From: Arcobacteraceae bacterium
GTDB lineage: Bacteria; Campylobacterota; Campylobacteria; Campylobacterales; Arcobacteraceae
DNA: 64,000 nt
Direction: 5' to 3'
Assembly (NCBI GenBank): GCA_048268245.1
Contig: JBLWVX010000002.1
Coordinates: 64,001 to 128,000, forward strand
Positions 33,428 to 44,157 of the stretch are shown piece after piece. Numbering within the stretch: position 1 is the stretch's first letter; every line of letters starts with the position of its first letter. The notes under the pieces are model-generated. The model was not told where the DNA came from, searched no databases, and saw only the letters and a program-made list of their open reading frames with translations. The translations under genes were made by a program, and so were the position numbers.

Positions 33428-33786
33428 TACTCTTCTTCTTTTTTATCTTTACTAATTTTTGCAAAAAGTGCTTCAATGTTTCGTGACTGTTCAAGTGAAG
33501 TATCATTAACAAACTTAAAGTTAGGACACTTGTACCAACCTGTACTTGCTAAAACATGAGACTTCATTCTACCATTAGCTTTTTTCAGAAGTGAGATAAT
33601 TTGATTAATTTCATTTTTATCATAATCACTTCCATCAAAATAAACAATTGCATCATATTTACCATTCTTACAGTTTACTCCTGTAATAGGTAAAGATCTT
33701 ATTCTTTCATCAGCCATACTTGATAGAGCTTCTGGAATAAGCTCCATCAGTAATGATTCAGTTCTTTGTAGATTAATACTTTTCAT
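33427..33786 (-). CDS. rbfA: Ribosome-binding factor A
   Basis: Size, position after infB, P.F.F..D.SLE motif. Confidence 0.9.
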   Translation of the reverse strand: MKSINLQRTESLLMELIPEALSSMADERIRSLPITGVNCKNGKYDAIVYFDGSDYDKNEINQIISLLKKANGRMKSHVLASTGWYKCPNFKFVNDTSLEQSRNIEALFAKISKDKKEEE

Positions 33787-36464
33787 TATTTATCGTCAAT
33801 AGAAACTTTTTCTTCAATCTGAATAAATGTTTCAACAAAGTCACCAACTTGAATGTCGTTGAACTTCTCAAACATTACACCACACTCGTAACCATTAGAT
33901 ACTTCTTTAACATCATCTTTAAATCTCTTAAGTGATGAAATTTTACCTGTATATGTAACAACACCATCTCTAATGATTCTTGCCATTCCACCTCTGATTA
34001 CTTTACCATCAGTTACAATACATCCTGCAACTGTTCCAACTTTAGGAACAACAAATGTATCTCTAACTTCAGCTTGACCTGTATTCTCTTCTCTAATTAC
34101 ACCACTCATCATACCAGATAATGTATCTTTAACATCATCAAGTAAGTCATAGATAATTGAGTATGTATTGATTGTAATACCATCAGCTTTTGCTTTTGAC
34201 TTAACAGAACCAGTTGGTCTTACGTTAAATCCTAAGATAATACAACCCTCTGATGCACTCGCTAAAACTAAGTCAGATTCAGTAATACCACCTACTGCAG
34301 CATGAATAACTTTTACTTTAACTTCATCATTAGCAATCTTCTCTAGTGATCCCTTAATAGCTTCAAGTGAACCACCAACATCAGTTTTGATAATTACTGG
34401 AAGTTGTTTAATTTTACCTTCTGCAATTAATCCACTCATTTCTTCAAGTGAAACTTTAGTAGATTTAGATAACTCTTTTGCTCTTTCATGTTCAGCTCTT
34501 TTAGTAGCAATATCTCTAGCTTCTTTATCAGAATCTTGAGCAACCATAATAGCACCAGCTGCAGGAACATCATTTAATCCTAAAACAGAACCTGTTTCAG
34601 ATAAACCTAATTCTTTTACTGGTTTACCCATATCATTAGTAATAGCTTTTACTCTACCATATGTCGTATCACAAACAATATTATCACCAACTCTTAAAGT
34701 ACCATTTTCAACAATAATTGTTGCAACAGGACCTCTACCTTTTTCAAGCAATGATTCAACAACAGTAGCTTTAGCTTTTGCAGTTGGATCTGCTTTAAGT
34801 TCTAAGATTTCTGCTTGAAGTAAGATATTTTCTAATAAATCATCAATTCCAGCACCAGTTTTTGCTGATACTCCAATAAATTCAATATCTCCACCCCAAT
34901 CAACAGGAGTCATATCTCTTTCTGCCATTTGTGATTTAACCATATCAATGTTAGCAGCTTCTTTATCTATTTTGTTAACTGCAACAATAATAGGACAACC
35001 AGAAGCTTTTGCATGAGAAATAACTTCTTCAGTTTGAGGCTTAACTCCATCATCAGCTGCAACAACAATAATTACAACATCAGTTACACTAGCACCTCTT
35101 GCTCTCATAGCAGAGAATGCGGCGTGACCTGGAGTATCAACAAAAGTGATTTTTTCACCATTTTTTTCAACTGTATAAGATGAGATATGTTGTGTAATTC
35201 CACCAGCTTCACCAGCTGCAACTTTAGATTCTCTAATTTTATCTAATAATGATGTTTTACCATGATCAACGTGTCCCATAATTGTAACTACAGGAGGTCT
35301 AGTCTCAAAGTTTGAATCATCAATATCTTCTTCATTATACTCTTCAACATAATTAGCATCTTCTAAAGCATCTTTTACTGTTACTTCAATTTCAAATTCT
35401 TCTCCAAGAATCTCTAATTCATCTTGTTTTAAGAAGTCATTTTTAGTAACCATCATTCCTAAACCAAATAGAACACTAATTACTTCAGATGCAGATTTTC
35501 CACAAGCTTCAGCAAATTCGTAAACTCTGATATCTTCAGGAATTGTAACTTCTTTTATTTCAATATTCTCTTCTGCTTTTCTTACTTTTTTCTTTCTTTT
35601 TCTTCTTTTTAAACCTTGTGGTCTATTACCAAATGCAGCTGGTTTTGAACCTCTTGCTTGTTTATTTGGATTAGTATTTGTTTTTTGTTCTTCAAAAAGT
35701 TTAGAAGTATCAGATAAATCCATGTCAAGTAATACTACTTCTTCACCTAAAAGTGAATCTGTTGAAGTGTTGCTAAAATCACTTGTATCTCTTTGTACTT
35801 CTAATTTCTTACCATGTGATTGAGTTTTTGCTGGTTGCTTTTTCTTTTTAGCTTTAGCTTTTTTCGCAGCTTCTTCATTTGAGTTAAATTGAGGAGTAGT
35901 TTTTTTCTCTTCTTTATCTGCACCTAAAATTTCACTAAGTGATTTCATTTTAGCTTTATCAGTAGGTGTTGAATGAGTTATTACTTCTTCTTTAGGTTCA
36001 GGTCTTGGTTTTTTCTTCTTAATAATCTTAAGACCTCTTCTTTTTGGAATAATCTTTTTAGCCTTATTCTCTACTTTCTTTTCTTCATCTTTTTTTTCTT
36101 CAGTTTGAGCTTTTTCTACACTCTTTGTAGGTTCAGATATAGTTTCTTCTTTCTTCTCAGTTTTATTTACTTCAACCGCTTTAGGTGCTTCTTCTTTTTT
36201 CTCTTCTGGTTTTGAGTCTTTATTCTCTACAGTTTTTTCGACTTTTTTAACTGTAGGTTTCTTTGTTTCCGGTGTAGCTTTCTTAGCTAACTTTTTACTC
36301 TTACCGGTCATTATATAGTTTGCAATTTCTTCTGCATCTTCGTAAGAAACTGCACTCTGAGGCGACTTAAGTTCAATACTTAAATCTTTCGCTTTTGTTA
36401 TTACTTCTTGGCTGCTCGCCCCTGCCTCATCTGCAATTTCATAAACTCTTACTTTATCTGACAT
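33786..36464 (-). CDS. infB: Translation initiation factor IF-2
   Basis: RPPVVTIMGHVDHGKT, GEAGGITQH, DTPGHAAF, NKID, SLKRFKDDV. Confidence 0.99.
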   Translation of the reverse strand: MSDKVRVYEIADEAGASSQEVITKAKDLSIELKSPQSAVSYEDAEEIANYIMTGKSKKLAKKATPETKKPTVKKVEKTVENKDSKPEEKKEEAPKAVEVNKTEKKEETISEPTKSVEKAQTEEKKDEEKKVENKAKKIIPKRRGLKIIKKKKPRPEPKEEVITHSTPTDKAKMKSLSEILGADKEEKKTTPQFNSNEEAAKKAKAKKKKQPAKTQSHGKKLEVQRDTSDFSNTSTDSLLGEEVVLLDMDLSDTSKLFEEQKTNTNPNKQARGSKPAAFGNRPQGLKRRKRKKKVRKAEENIEIKEVTIPEDIRVYEFAEACGKSASEVISVLFGLGMMVTKNDFLKQDELEILGEEFEIEVTVKDALEDANYVEEYNEEDIDDSNFETRPPVVTIMGHVDHGKTSLLDKIRESKVAAGEAGGITQHISSYTVEKNGEKITFVDTPGHAAFSAMRARGASVTDVVIIVVAADDGVKPQTEEVISHAKASGCPIIVAVNKIDKEAANIDMVKSQMAERDMTPVDWGGDIEFIGVSAKTGAGIDDLLENILLQAEILELKADPTAKAKATVVESLLEKGRGPVATIIVENGTLRVGDNIVCDTTYGRVKAITNDMGKPVKELGLSETGSVLGLNDVPAAGAIMVAQDSDKEARDIATKRAEHERAKELSKSTKVSLEEMSGLIAEGKIKQLPVIIKTDVGGSLEAIKGSLEKIANDEVKVKVIHAAVGGITESDLVLASASEGCIILGFNVRPTGSVKSKAKADGITINTYSIIYDLLDDVKDTLSGMMSGVIREENTGQAEVRDTFVVPKVGTVAGCIVTDGKVIRGGMARIIRDGVVTYTGKISSLKRFKDDVKEVSNGYECGVMFEKFNDIQVGDFVETFIQIEEKVSIDDK

Positions 36465-36729
36465 CTGCTAAAATCTCCTTAAGTTGTAGAACATACTTAT
36501 CTTTATTTTTACACTCTCTACATAGTGCGTTTTCAAATCTTTTATAATCTCTTTGATTAATATCTAATTGTACTTTTTCTATACAACAACTACAAACATA
36601 GAAACTTCTACCAATGTGGTTGTATAATACAATTTTCTTTTCTTCACATTTTAACCTTAACAACTCTTTTTGTTCAAATTTACCTCTACAAAAAATACAA
36701 GTTCTTAAAGTTTTTTTCGAATTAGCCAA
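36454..36729 (-). CDS. YlxR/DUF448 family RNA-binding protein (TTG start)
   Basis: RTCIFC, LLRL, GRSFYVC..C; directly upstream of infB. Confidence 0.85.
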   Translation of the reverse strand: MANSKKTLRTCIFCRGKFEQKELLRLKCEEKKIVLYNHIGRSFYVCSCCIEKVQLDINQRDYKRFENALCRECKNKDKYVLQLKEILADVR

Positions 36730-36765
36730 CTATTATACCTAAAATATACTTATTTATCAAAAAAC

Positions 36766-37647
36766 TTATAAATCTATCTTCACACCTGTGTTATCAAAGT
36801 CACTTGTGAATACTTTGAAGTGTGAAAATCTATTTTTTAAAGCCTTCTCAATTCTCTTTGCATCATCTGCAAAACAAATAGAAAATAAAGTTGAACCTGA
36901 ACCTGAAAGTGTACTCATTAATGCTCCACTTCTAAGGGCAGTTTTTTGTACATCAAAAAGTTCTGGCATTTGTTTCATTCTATATTTTTGGTGAACTTTA
37001 TCTAAAGATGCAGTTCTTAACATCTTCCAGTCTTCACTCATAAATGCTGCTGTTAATAATGAAGAATGAGAAATATTAAATATCACATCATCTTTTGAGT
37101 ATTTAAAAGGCAGTGTTTTTCTTGATAATTGTGTTGAAATAGGTCTATTTGGAACAACAATTACAGCTTTTAAAGCTTTTGGTATTGACTTGTTAATATA
37201 CCTTACTTCATTATCTTGAACAGTAGCAACATTAAATCCACCCATTACAGCTGGTGTAATATTATCTGGATGATTTTCATATGCTAATGCTAAGTTTAAT
37301 AACTTATTTTTATCAAGTTTGATTCCCTCAATAGCATAGGCACTTGCAATTGCTGAAACAATAACAGCAGAAGAACTTCCTAAACCTCTTGATAATGGAA
37401 TTTCATTAAAAAATTCAAATCTAAAATGTCTTTTTTTATGTGACAAATTGTGATAGAAATCATTAAAAATAGAGATAAACATATTGTTATCTTTTAATAC
37501 AGGGTTATTAGCACCCTCTCCTTTTAATGATACACTATGAAATTTCGATGGTCTAATGATTACTTGATTTTTCATAGTAATTGCAATACCAAGTGAGTCA
37601 AACCCTGGTCCTAAATTTGCACTAGTAGCTGGAACGCTTACTTTCAT
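36766..37647 (-). CDS. thrB: Homoserine kinase
   Basis: VPATSANLGPGFD, PLSRGLGSSS, HPDN, SGSG. Confidence 0.97.
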   Translation of the reverse strand: MKVSVPATSANLGPGFDSLGIAITMKNQVIIRPSKFHSVSLKGEGANNPVLKDNNMFISIFNDFYHNLSHKKRHFRFEFFNEIPLSRGLGSSSAVIVSAIASAYAIEGIKLDKNKLLNLALAYENHPDNITPAVMGGFNVATVQDNEVRYINKSIPKALKAVIVVPNRPISTQLSRKTLPFKYSKDDVIFNISHSSLLTAAFMSEDWKMLRTASLDKVHQKYRMKQMPELFDVQKTALRSGALMSTLSGSGSTLFSICFADDAKRIEKALKNRFSHFKVFTSDFDNTGVKIDL

Positions 37648-37658
37648 CTATTTCCTTC

Positions 37659-38111
37659 TTAAACAGCAGGTAAATTATAAATTGGTAATGTCTGTTTATT
37701 AAAATTTATTTTATCTATACTCTTAGGTAATTCAAAGTCGCGAATTATACAATCTTTTTCTAAAAAGTCTACTTTAATTTCATTTTCATCTTGAATAAAG
37801 TATTTTTTTCCTAAGGCTTTTATTGGAGAGTTATTATTAAATTCAAAACCACTACAGGCTCTAAATTCAATATTTTTTGTGATACTTATAGTTTTTAAAA
37901 ATACATATGATACTTTTATAGCCATGTAAGATCCTGGTGTATTTACATAATTCACTCTATCTATATCATACTGTTTTAAAATTTCTTCAAATAGTTGGGG
38001 AAGTAAATCAGAAGTTTTACCTTCCAATTTATGTTCTTTTATTAAATTTTCATTCTCATATATTCCTATTAAAATAGGATTAGAGATACTAATAACTAAA
38101 ACTTCTGTCAA
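37659..38111 (-). CDS. Short TsaB-like (t6A biosynthesis) protein
   Basis: TSDLLP, PGSYMAIK resembles the TsaB GPGSFTG motif; lpxC-x-thrB context. Confidence 0.7.
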   Translation of the reverse strand: MTEVLVISISNPILIGIYENENLIKEHKLEGKTSDLLPQLFEEILKQYDIDRVNYVNTPGSYMAIKVSYVFLKTISITKNIEFRACSGFEFNNNSPIKALGKKYFIQDENEIKVDFLEKDCIIRDFELPKSIDKINFNKQTLPIYNLPAV

Positions 38112-38120
38112 ACTTTTATC

Positions 38121-39026
38121 CTAAACTTCAACTTTTGAATAAGCAAGTTCAAATACTTCTGCTTCTTCATTAGCTTCTTCTAAATCAATTATTTCATAAT
38201 TTGCTTCATCTTTATATAACTCTTTTGTTAAAAGATGATTTAAGTGATGGCTTCCAGCAATTGCATCATATTCACCAACCATTGTATAACCAAGAAGTGC
38301 CATATCACCAATTGCATCTAATATTTTATGTCTTACAAATTCATCAGTATATCTTAAACCCTCAGGGTTTAAAACTTTTGATTGATCTAAAACAATAGCA
38401 TTTTCCATAGAACCACCTTTTGCAAGACCAATACTTCTTAAATATTGTACTTCATGTAAAAAACCAAATGTTCTAGCTCTACTAATATTTTCTTTATATT
38501 CAGCAATAGAGTAATCAAAATGAAAATTTTGCTCACCTATAGAAGGATGATCAAAAGAAATTTGGAAATCATAAATAATTCTATTTGATGGTTTTAAACA
38601 AACTCTTTTACCCTCAGGAGTTGTAACTTCAACTTCTTTTTTTACTTTTATAGCTTTTTTAGATTTTTCAAGTTCTTTAATACCTGCTTCTTCAATTAAC
38701 ATACAATAACCAGATGAACTTCCATCAAGTACTGGAACTTCATCATTATCAATTACTACTCTTAAGTTATCAATTCCATATGCATAAACAGCTGATAAAA
38801 GATGTTCAATTGTAGATACAACAACATCATCTTTTCCAATAACAGTTGCCATTTTTGTATCAACAACATTATCAATTTCTAAAGGAATAGTAACCCCAGC
38901 ATCTACTCTGTAAAAAACTATCCCCATATCTGAATCTAATGGTTCAAGTTTCATTTTTACAGGTACTCCTTTGTGAAGTCCTACTCCTACAATCTCAACA
39001 CTTTTTGCTATTGTTCTTTGTTTCAT
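38121..39026 (-). CDS. lpxC: UDP-3-O-acyl-GlcNAc deacetylase
   Basis: KQRTI, GVGLH, TIEHLLSA, ARTFGF, RHKILDAIGD. Confidence 0.99.
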   Translation of the reverse strand: MKQRTIAKSVEIVGVGLHKGVPVKMKLEPLDSDMGIVFYRVDAGVTIPLEIDNVVDTKMATVIGKDDVVVSTIEHLLSAVYAYGIDNLRVVIDNDEVPVLDGSSSGYCMLIEEAGIKELEKSKKAIKVKKEVEVTTPEGKRVCLKPSNRIIYDFQISFDHPSIGEQNFHFDYSIAEYKENISRARTFGFLHEVQYLRSIGLAKGGSMENAIVLDQSKVLNPEGLRYTDEFVRHKILDAIGDMALLGYTMVGEYDAIAGSHHLNHLLTKELYKDEANYEIIDLEEANEEAEVFELAYSKVEV

Positions 39027-40411
39027 TTAGTATCTATCACTTTCTTCGCTTGATTTAAAATTTTCTTTACATTTATATCTATCCACTTTTTATCCATCCA
39101 TTCTAAAGGATTAACTTCTAATCCTTGAATTAAAACACCAAAGTGAAGATGATCTCCAAATACTGCACCAGTTGAACCAGTATTTGCTATATGCTGTTTT
39201 GCATTTACAAAATCATTTAGCTCAACATTTAACTTACTTGTATGTGCATAAAGAGTAGCTAAACCAAATCCATGATCAACAATAGCTGCATTTCCATAAA
39301 TCCCTAAATAATCTTTAAATACAACTTTTCCAGGGTTAGTTACATAAATCTTTGCGTTTCTAATACTAGCCCAGTCCATTCCTAAGTGCCATGCTTCATC
39401 AATCTTTTCACCATTATAATAATAGTGTCTTCTTTCTGCATATTTTGAAAATGTCTTTGAGCCTTTCAATTGCTTGAAAGCATCCAAATCAAAACTTGAA
39501 ACCATTGAGTAATCTAAGTTTTGTCTAGATACATCTTTTATAACTTTTACATTTTCGGCTCTTAAATCTTTATTTGTCATAACAAAAGCTTCTGCTATTT
39601 CATCAGGAATATCATAACCACTTTTAGAAAGTACATTTTTACTAACTTTATTTACGAAACTTCTAGATATTTTTATATTATCAACTTTAACATTTAGGTT
39701 TTTAATATAATATGGTACTTTTGTCGTAGTTTTATTTCCAGCTTTATCAATTGCTACTAAATTAACTCTTTTGAACTCTTCTATAGTTACAGGCCAAGCA
39801 ATAATTGCCATATAAAAGTTCTTTTTATAAAATGGAATAAGTTCAAATCTCTCTTCATCATTGAAAGAAATATAAAAATCTTTTAGATTTTCATCTTTTA
39901 CTTCTACAACAACACTAGCACTTCCACCTTGTCTTATTAAGTAAGAGTTTGCAATTACATTTGCAACAGGATTTTTTCTATCTATATCAATAGTAATATC
40001 TTCTCTTGTAACATTACCCTTGAAAAAGTTCCATTTACTACTATCAATAACTTCTGCTTTTAAAACTATCTGTTTTGGAGCAGTTTGAAGTCTATTAAAT
40101 TTTGGAGGTATAATTTCTACAATAATCTCTTTACCATTATCATTTAAAACTTTAGTTTCTAGTTTTTTTAATTCTTTTCCATCAAAATATGCAACTTTAT
40201 ATGATTTTATTTCATTATCATCTGAAAACTTAATTTCTAATGGTTTCTTAAAATTCCAAAATTTATCTTGAGAAAACTTTACTTTAGGAGCATTCTTTTC
40301 AAATGTTGGAGATAAAAAAACAAACGCTGTTATACCTACTACTAAAAGAACAACAATATATATTAATAATTTTTTAACTTTATTACTTTTTTTTCTATTT
40401 ATAAAACTCAA
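39023..40411 (-). CDS. Membrane-anchored M23 family peptidoglycan endopeptidase
   Basis: N-terminal TM; HLGMD, YGN, DHG, YAH, HLHF. Confidence 0.92.
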   Translation of the reverse strand: MSFINRKKSNKVKKLLIYIVVLLVVGITAFVFLSPTFEKNAPKVKFSQDKFWNFKKPLEIKFSDDNEIKSYKVAYFDGKELKKLETKVLNDNGKEIIVEIIPPKFNRLQTAPKQIVLKAEVIDSSKWNFFKGNVTREDITIDIDRKNPVANVIANSYLIRQGGSASVVVEVKDENLKDFYISFNDEERFELIPFYKKNFYMAIIAWPVTIEEFKRVNLVAIDKAGNKTTTKVPYYIKNLNVKVDNIKISRSFVNKVSKNVLSKSGYDIPDEIAEAFVMTNKDLRAENVKVIKDVSRQNLDYSMVSSFDLDAFKQLKGSKTFSKYAERRHYYYNGEKIDEAWHLGMDWASIRNAKIYVTNPGKVVFKDYLGIYGNAAIVDHGFGLATLYAHTSKLNVELNDFVNAKQHIANTGSTGAVFGDHLHFGVLIQGLEVNPLEWMDKKWIDINVKKILNQAKKVIDTK

Positions 40412-41381
40412 AAATTTCCTTTATAACTAAATTTTTTGCTTCTTGTTCATCTATTGTATTAATAGTACAACCAGCAGCATTTAGGTGTCCGCCACCATCA
40501 AAATTTGATGCAATTCTTGCAACATCAAACTTTCCTTTTGATCGAAGTGATACCCTTGTAGTTCCATTTACTACTCTAACAAAAAATGCAACTCTTACAA
40601 TTGCCATACTCATAATCATATCTAAGGCATCTTCACAATCTCTATTGTGTGCACCTGTTTGTTTAAACCAAAGCTCTTTAGCATAAATAGATGCTACTTC
40701 ACCTTCTTTGTAAAGTTCTAAACTATTTAATACCTTAGGTATGATTCTATATTTAGCTAGTGAATCTCTTCTTAAAAGCTTATTTGCAATTGCCGAAGGG
40801 TTTGCCCCACATTGAACTAAAAAGTTAACTTTATCAAAAGTTAACTCATCACATCTTCCTAAAGAAAATGCTAATGAATCATCATATATACCTACATAAA
40901 GTGCTGTTGCTGAATTTTTTGTAATATATAAACCATTGTGTTTAAAAAAGTCATATACAATTTCAGCTGTTGAACTTTTCATAGGATCGACTATATTTAT
41001 AGTTCCAAAACCATTATTTGATTTATGATGATCAAAATTTATAAGTGGAATACTTGGGTCTAGTTCAAAACCTAATCTTTTATATGTCCCACAATCTACA
41101 GATATTGCTAAGTCAAAAAACTTAGGTAGTTGATCTGTAATTTTGTCAAATCTTTCAATAAAATTTAAATTCTCTGGTAAATCAGAGCTTATATTAAATA
41201 CTTTATGCTTTATTCTATTCTCATGAAGTAAATTTGACAAGGCTAAAGCTGAACCAATAGAATCAGGGTCGGGATTTACATGAGTGATTATTAAAATATA
41301 TTTACTCTTTTCTATTAAATCTAAGGCTTTTGTGTAATCAGCCATATCTATTTTATTACTAATAATAAAATCTTTTTTCAA
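40395..41381 (-). CDS. DHH/DHHA1 phosphoesterase (NrnA-like, TTG start)
   Basis: HVNPDPDSIGS, DHH, SLRS, GGGHLNAAG. Confidence 0.92.
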   Translation of the reverse strand: MKKDFIISNKIDMADYTKALDLIEKSKYILIITHVNPDPDSIGSALALSNLLHENRIKHKVFNISSDLPENLNFIERFDKITDQLPKFFDLAISVDCGTYKRLGFELDPSIPLINFDHHKSNNGFGTINIVDPMKSSTAEIVYDFFKHNGLYITKNSATALYVGIYDDSLAFSLGRCDELTFDKVNFLVQCGANPSAIANKLLRRDSLAKYRIIPKVLNSLELYKEGEVASIYAKELWFKQTGAHNRDCEDALDMIMSMAIVRVAFFVRVVNGTTRVSLRSKGKFDVARIASNFDGGGHLNAAGCTINTIDEQEAKNLVIKEIFEFYK

Positions 41382-41424
41382 CCCATCTCCTTTTCCTTAA
41401 GCTTTTAATTCTATTAAAGTTGTG

Positions 41425-41455
41425 ATAACAAAAAGTTAACAATACTTTTTGTTAT
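41425..41455 (-). terminator. Hairpin after nadC
   Basis: ATAACAAAAAGT-taacaat-ACTTTTTGTTAT. Confidence 0.6.
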
Positions 41456-42276
41456 TAATCAAACTTCATTGAGAAGTCTAACCATGTAGCTTGATGAATA
41501 ATACTTCCACTACTAATTGCATCAACACCTGTTTTTGCATAAGTTTGAATAGTTTCAAGATTTATATTTCCACTAGCTTCTAGTAAAATATGAGGATACT
41601 TTTCATCTCTGTATTTAACAACATCTTTAATTTGTTCAGGAGTCATATTATCACACATGATTATATCAGCACCCGCTTCCATTGCTTCTTCAACTTGAGG
41701 AAAAGTTTCACACTCTATCTCAATTTTTGTAACCCATGAAATTCTTTTTCTTGCTTTTTTAATAAATTCTTTTAAATTTTTAATAGTTCTTAAGTGCGTA
41801 TCTTTAAGCATTAAACAATCATCAAGTCCAAGTCTATGATTTATAGAACCACCTACTCTACTTGCATACTTTTCAAAATCTCTTAATTGAGGTCTTGTTT
41901 TTCTTGTATCAAGTAAAACAACATCATAACCTTCTAGAAGTTTTGCGTATTTATTTGCCATAGTTGCAATACCACTTGCATGTTGAAGCATATTTAAAAA
42001 AGTTCTCTCAGATGAAAGTAATACAGAAGCTTTACCTTCAAGTTCTGCTATAACTTCACCTGCTTTTATTTCATCTCCATCTCTTTTAAGAAATTTACAA
42101 TCAAACTTTTCAGTTCTTGCTAATACTTTTGCATACTGTATACCTGCAACAATACCATCAGATTTAGAAATAGCTCTTGCTGTAAATCTTCCTTTTGGTG
42201 CAACATCGAAGAATAAATCCCCTCTACCATTATCTTCTATAATGGCATTTTTAACAAATTTTTTTATGTTAATCAT
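41455..42276 (-). CDS. nadC: Quinolinate phosphoribosyltransferase
   Basis: SGIAT, DTRKT, NHRLGL, LKDTH, EASGNI. Confidence 0.98.
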   Translation of the reverse strand: MINIKKFVKNAIIEDNGRGDLFFDVAPKGRFTARAISKSDGIVAGIQYAKVLARTEKFDCKFLKRDGDEIKAGEVIAELEGKASVLLSSERTFLNMLQHASGIATMANKYAKLLEGYDVVLLDTRKTRPQLRDFEKYASRVGGSINHRLGLDDCLMLKDTHLRTIKNLKEFIKKARKRISWVTKIEIECETFPQVEEAMEAGADIIMCDNMTPEQIKDVVKYRDEKYPHILLEASGNINLETIQTYAKTGVDAISSGSIIHQATWLDFSMKFD

Positions 42277-43262
42277 ACTTCAAACATCCTTTCTAATGCT
42301 ATTCTTGCGTATTTAACAGTCTCTTCATCCACAAATATCTCATTCTCTTTTGAGATATTATCATCTTTAATAGATTTTAAAGTATTGTAAACATCTTCTA
42401 ATGTTGTTTCATTCATAGTTGGACACTCAGGTTTCGTAGAACTTAAAATATAAGTATTTTTTTCTCTTAATCTATTAACCATATTAAATTCAGTACCAAC
42501 TGCAATTTTTTGATCTTCTGGTAACTCTTTAATATATTTAATTAATTGAGAAGTTGAACCTACAAAATCTGCTTCATCACAAATACTTGGGTCACATTCA
42601 GGGTGAACAGCTATTAAAATATCTGGATATTTGTTTCTATAAAACTCTATATCTTCCACAGTAAACTGTTGATGAACTGAACAAAAACCGTTGTAACATA
42701 TAATATCAGCTTCTTTTAAATCAGTCCCATCACCAACAACTGCTGATTTTAGATTTAAAGATTTTGCAAAGTTTTGACCTAAACATCTATCTGGAACAAA
42801 AAATATCTTCTTACCAGACTCTAAACCTTTTTCAATAATCTTATAAGCATTTGAAGAAGTACAAACCATACCACCCATTTCACCAACTCTTGCTTTTACT
42901 CTTGCACTTGAGTTGATATAAGTAATAGGTAAAATATCTTCATTTGGTATTCCTGCATCATTTATCTGCTTTAAATTTTGTTCATAATACCCTTCATCAA
43001 TCATTCTTGCCATTGCACAACATGCAATTTTTGGCATTAAAACTCTTTTTTCTGGGTCAAGTACTTTTACACTCTCACCCATAAAACCAACACCACAAAA
43101 AACAATAAATTTTGAGTCTGTCAATTTTGCTTTTTTTGCTAATTCTAAAGAGTCACCTGTAATATCTGCTAATTCAAAAACTTCATCTCTTTGGTAAAAG
43201 TGAGCTACAAGTGTTACGTCTAGCTCCTCTTTAAGCTTTATTATCTCTTCTTTTAAATTCAA
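42273..43262 (-). CDS. nadA: Quinolinate synthase (TTG start)
   Basis: AHFYQ, GDSLELA, FCGVGFM, YINSS, CSVH, HPEC, CPTM. Confidence 0.98.
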   Translation of the reverse strand: MNLKEEIIKLKEELDVTLVAHFYQRDEVFELADITGDSLELAKKAKLTDSKFIVFCGVGFMGESVKVLDPEKRVLMPKIACCAMARMIDEGYYEQNLKQINDAGIPNEDILPITYINSSARVKARVGEMGGMVCTSSNAYKIIEKGLESGKKIFFVPDRCLGQNFAKSLNLKSAVVGDGTDLKEADIICYNGFCSVHQQFTVEDIEFYRNKYPDILIAVHPECDPSICDEADFVGSTSQLIKYIKELPEDQKIAVGTEFNMVNRLREKNTYILSSTKPECPTMNETTLEDVYNTLKSIKDDNISKENEIFVDEETVKYARIALERMFEV

Positions 43263-43373
43263 AATAAACCTTCAATAAAACATATTTAAATGATAATATA
43301 ACTAAATTTTAGTTATAATCCATTTAACTAAATAGGTGAAATCTCACTGTAAACAACAAATTAAAGGTAATAA

Positions 43374-43997
43374 ATGGATTTTTTAACAAACCCTAATGTG
43401 CTATTTTATATTGCAGCATATTTAATAGGTTCTATTCCTTTTGGTCTTCTTCTTGCAAAAACTTTTGCAGGTGTTGATATAAAATCTCAAGGTAGTAAAT
43501 CAATTGGTGCAACAAATGTACTAAGAGTAGTAAAAGAAACAAATCCAAGCTTAGCAAAAAAACTAGGTATTGCAACAGTTATACTTGATGCATTAAAAGG
43601 TACTTTAGTTATTTTAGTAGCTATGAGTATGGGAATGAGTGAACAAACACTTTGGGCAATTGCAGTCTTAGCAGTTTTAGGGCATTGTTATTCTATATAC
43701 TTAGGACTAGAAGGTGGTAAAGGAGTTGCTACTGGACTTGGTGTATATATAGCTTTAGCACCCATAGCAACTTTAATAGGTGCACTTACATGGATAATAG
43801 CTGCAAAAGTTCTAAAAATTTCATCAGTATCTTCACTTTTAGGATTAACTGCTGTGATAGTTAGTGCTACACTTATGAATGATGGCTTAGATATAGGCTC
43901 AAATGCTCCTATGTATCTAATAGCATTTATTATCTACTATAAACACATCCCAAATATCATAAGAGTTATAAAGGGAGAGGAAAAAAAAGTTATCTAA
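43374..43997 (+). CDS. plsY: Glycerol-3-phosphate acyltransferase
   Basis: YLIGSIPFG, GATNVLR, DALKG, GGKGVAT, H..NI.R. Confidence 0.98.
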   Translation: MDFLTNPNVLFYIAAYLIGSIPFGLLLAKTFAGVDIKSQGSKSIGATNVLRVVKETNPSLAKKLGIATVILDALKGTLVILVAMSMGMSEQTLWAIAVLAVLGHCYSIYLGLEGGKGVATGLGVYIALAPIATLIGALTWIIAAKVLKISSVSSLLGLTAVIVSATLMNDGLDIGSNAPMYLIAFIIYYKHIPNIIRVIKGEEKKVI

Positions 43998-44070
43998 CAT
44001 AAGTTTTTTTTCCGAATGAAAAGAGAGTTATCTAACATAAGTTTTTTTCCGAATGAAAAGAGAGTTATCT
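43988..44070 (+). repeat. Tandem duplication (38 + 37 bp + 8-bp partial unit)
   Basis: AGTTATCTAACATAAG-T8/T7-CCGAATGAAAAGAG twice, then AGTTATCT. Confidence 0.95.
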
Positions 44071-44157
44071 GTTTAGACAACTCTCCCCCCTCAATCTCTT
44101 TTTACTATCAAAAAATAAATCCCAACTCTCTACTATTAATAAATATAAGGACAAGAA

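Noticed and set aside
35560..36300. Low-complexity K/E-rich stretch in infB
   Set aside because: The normal variable, charged N-terminal linker of IF-2; no discrete DNA repeat unit.
43988..44070. Possible mini-CRISPR (37-bp repeats)
   Set aside because: The units are directly adjacent with no spacers, and there are no cas genes in the window.
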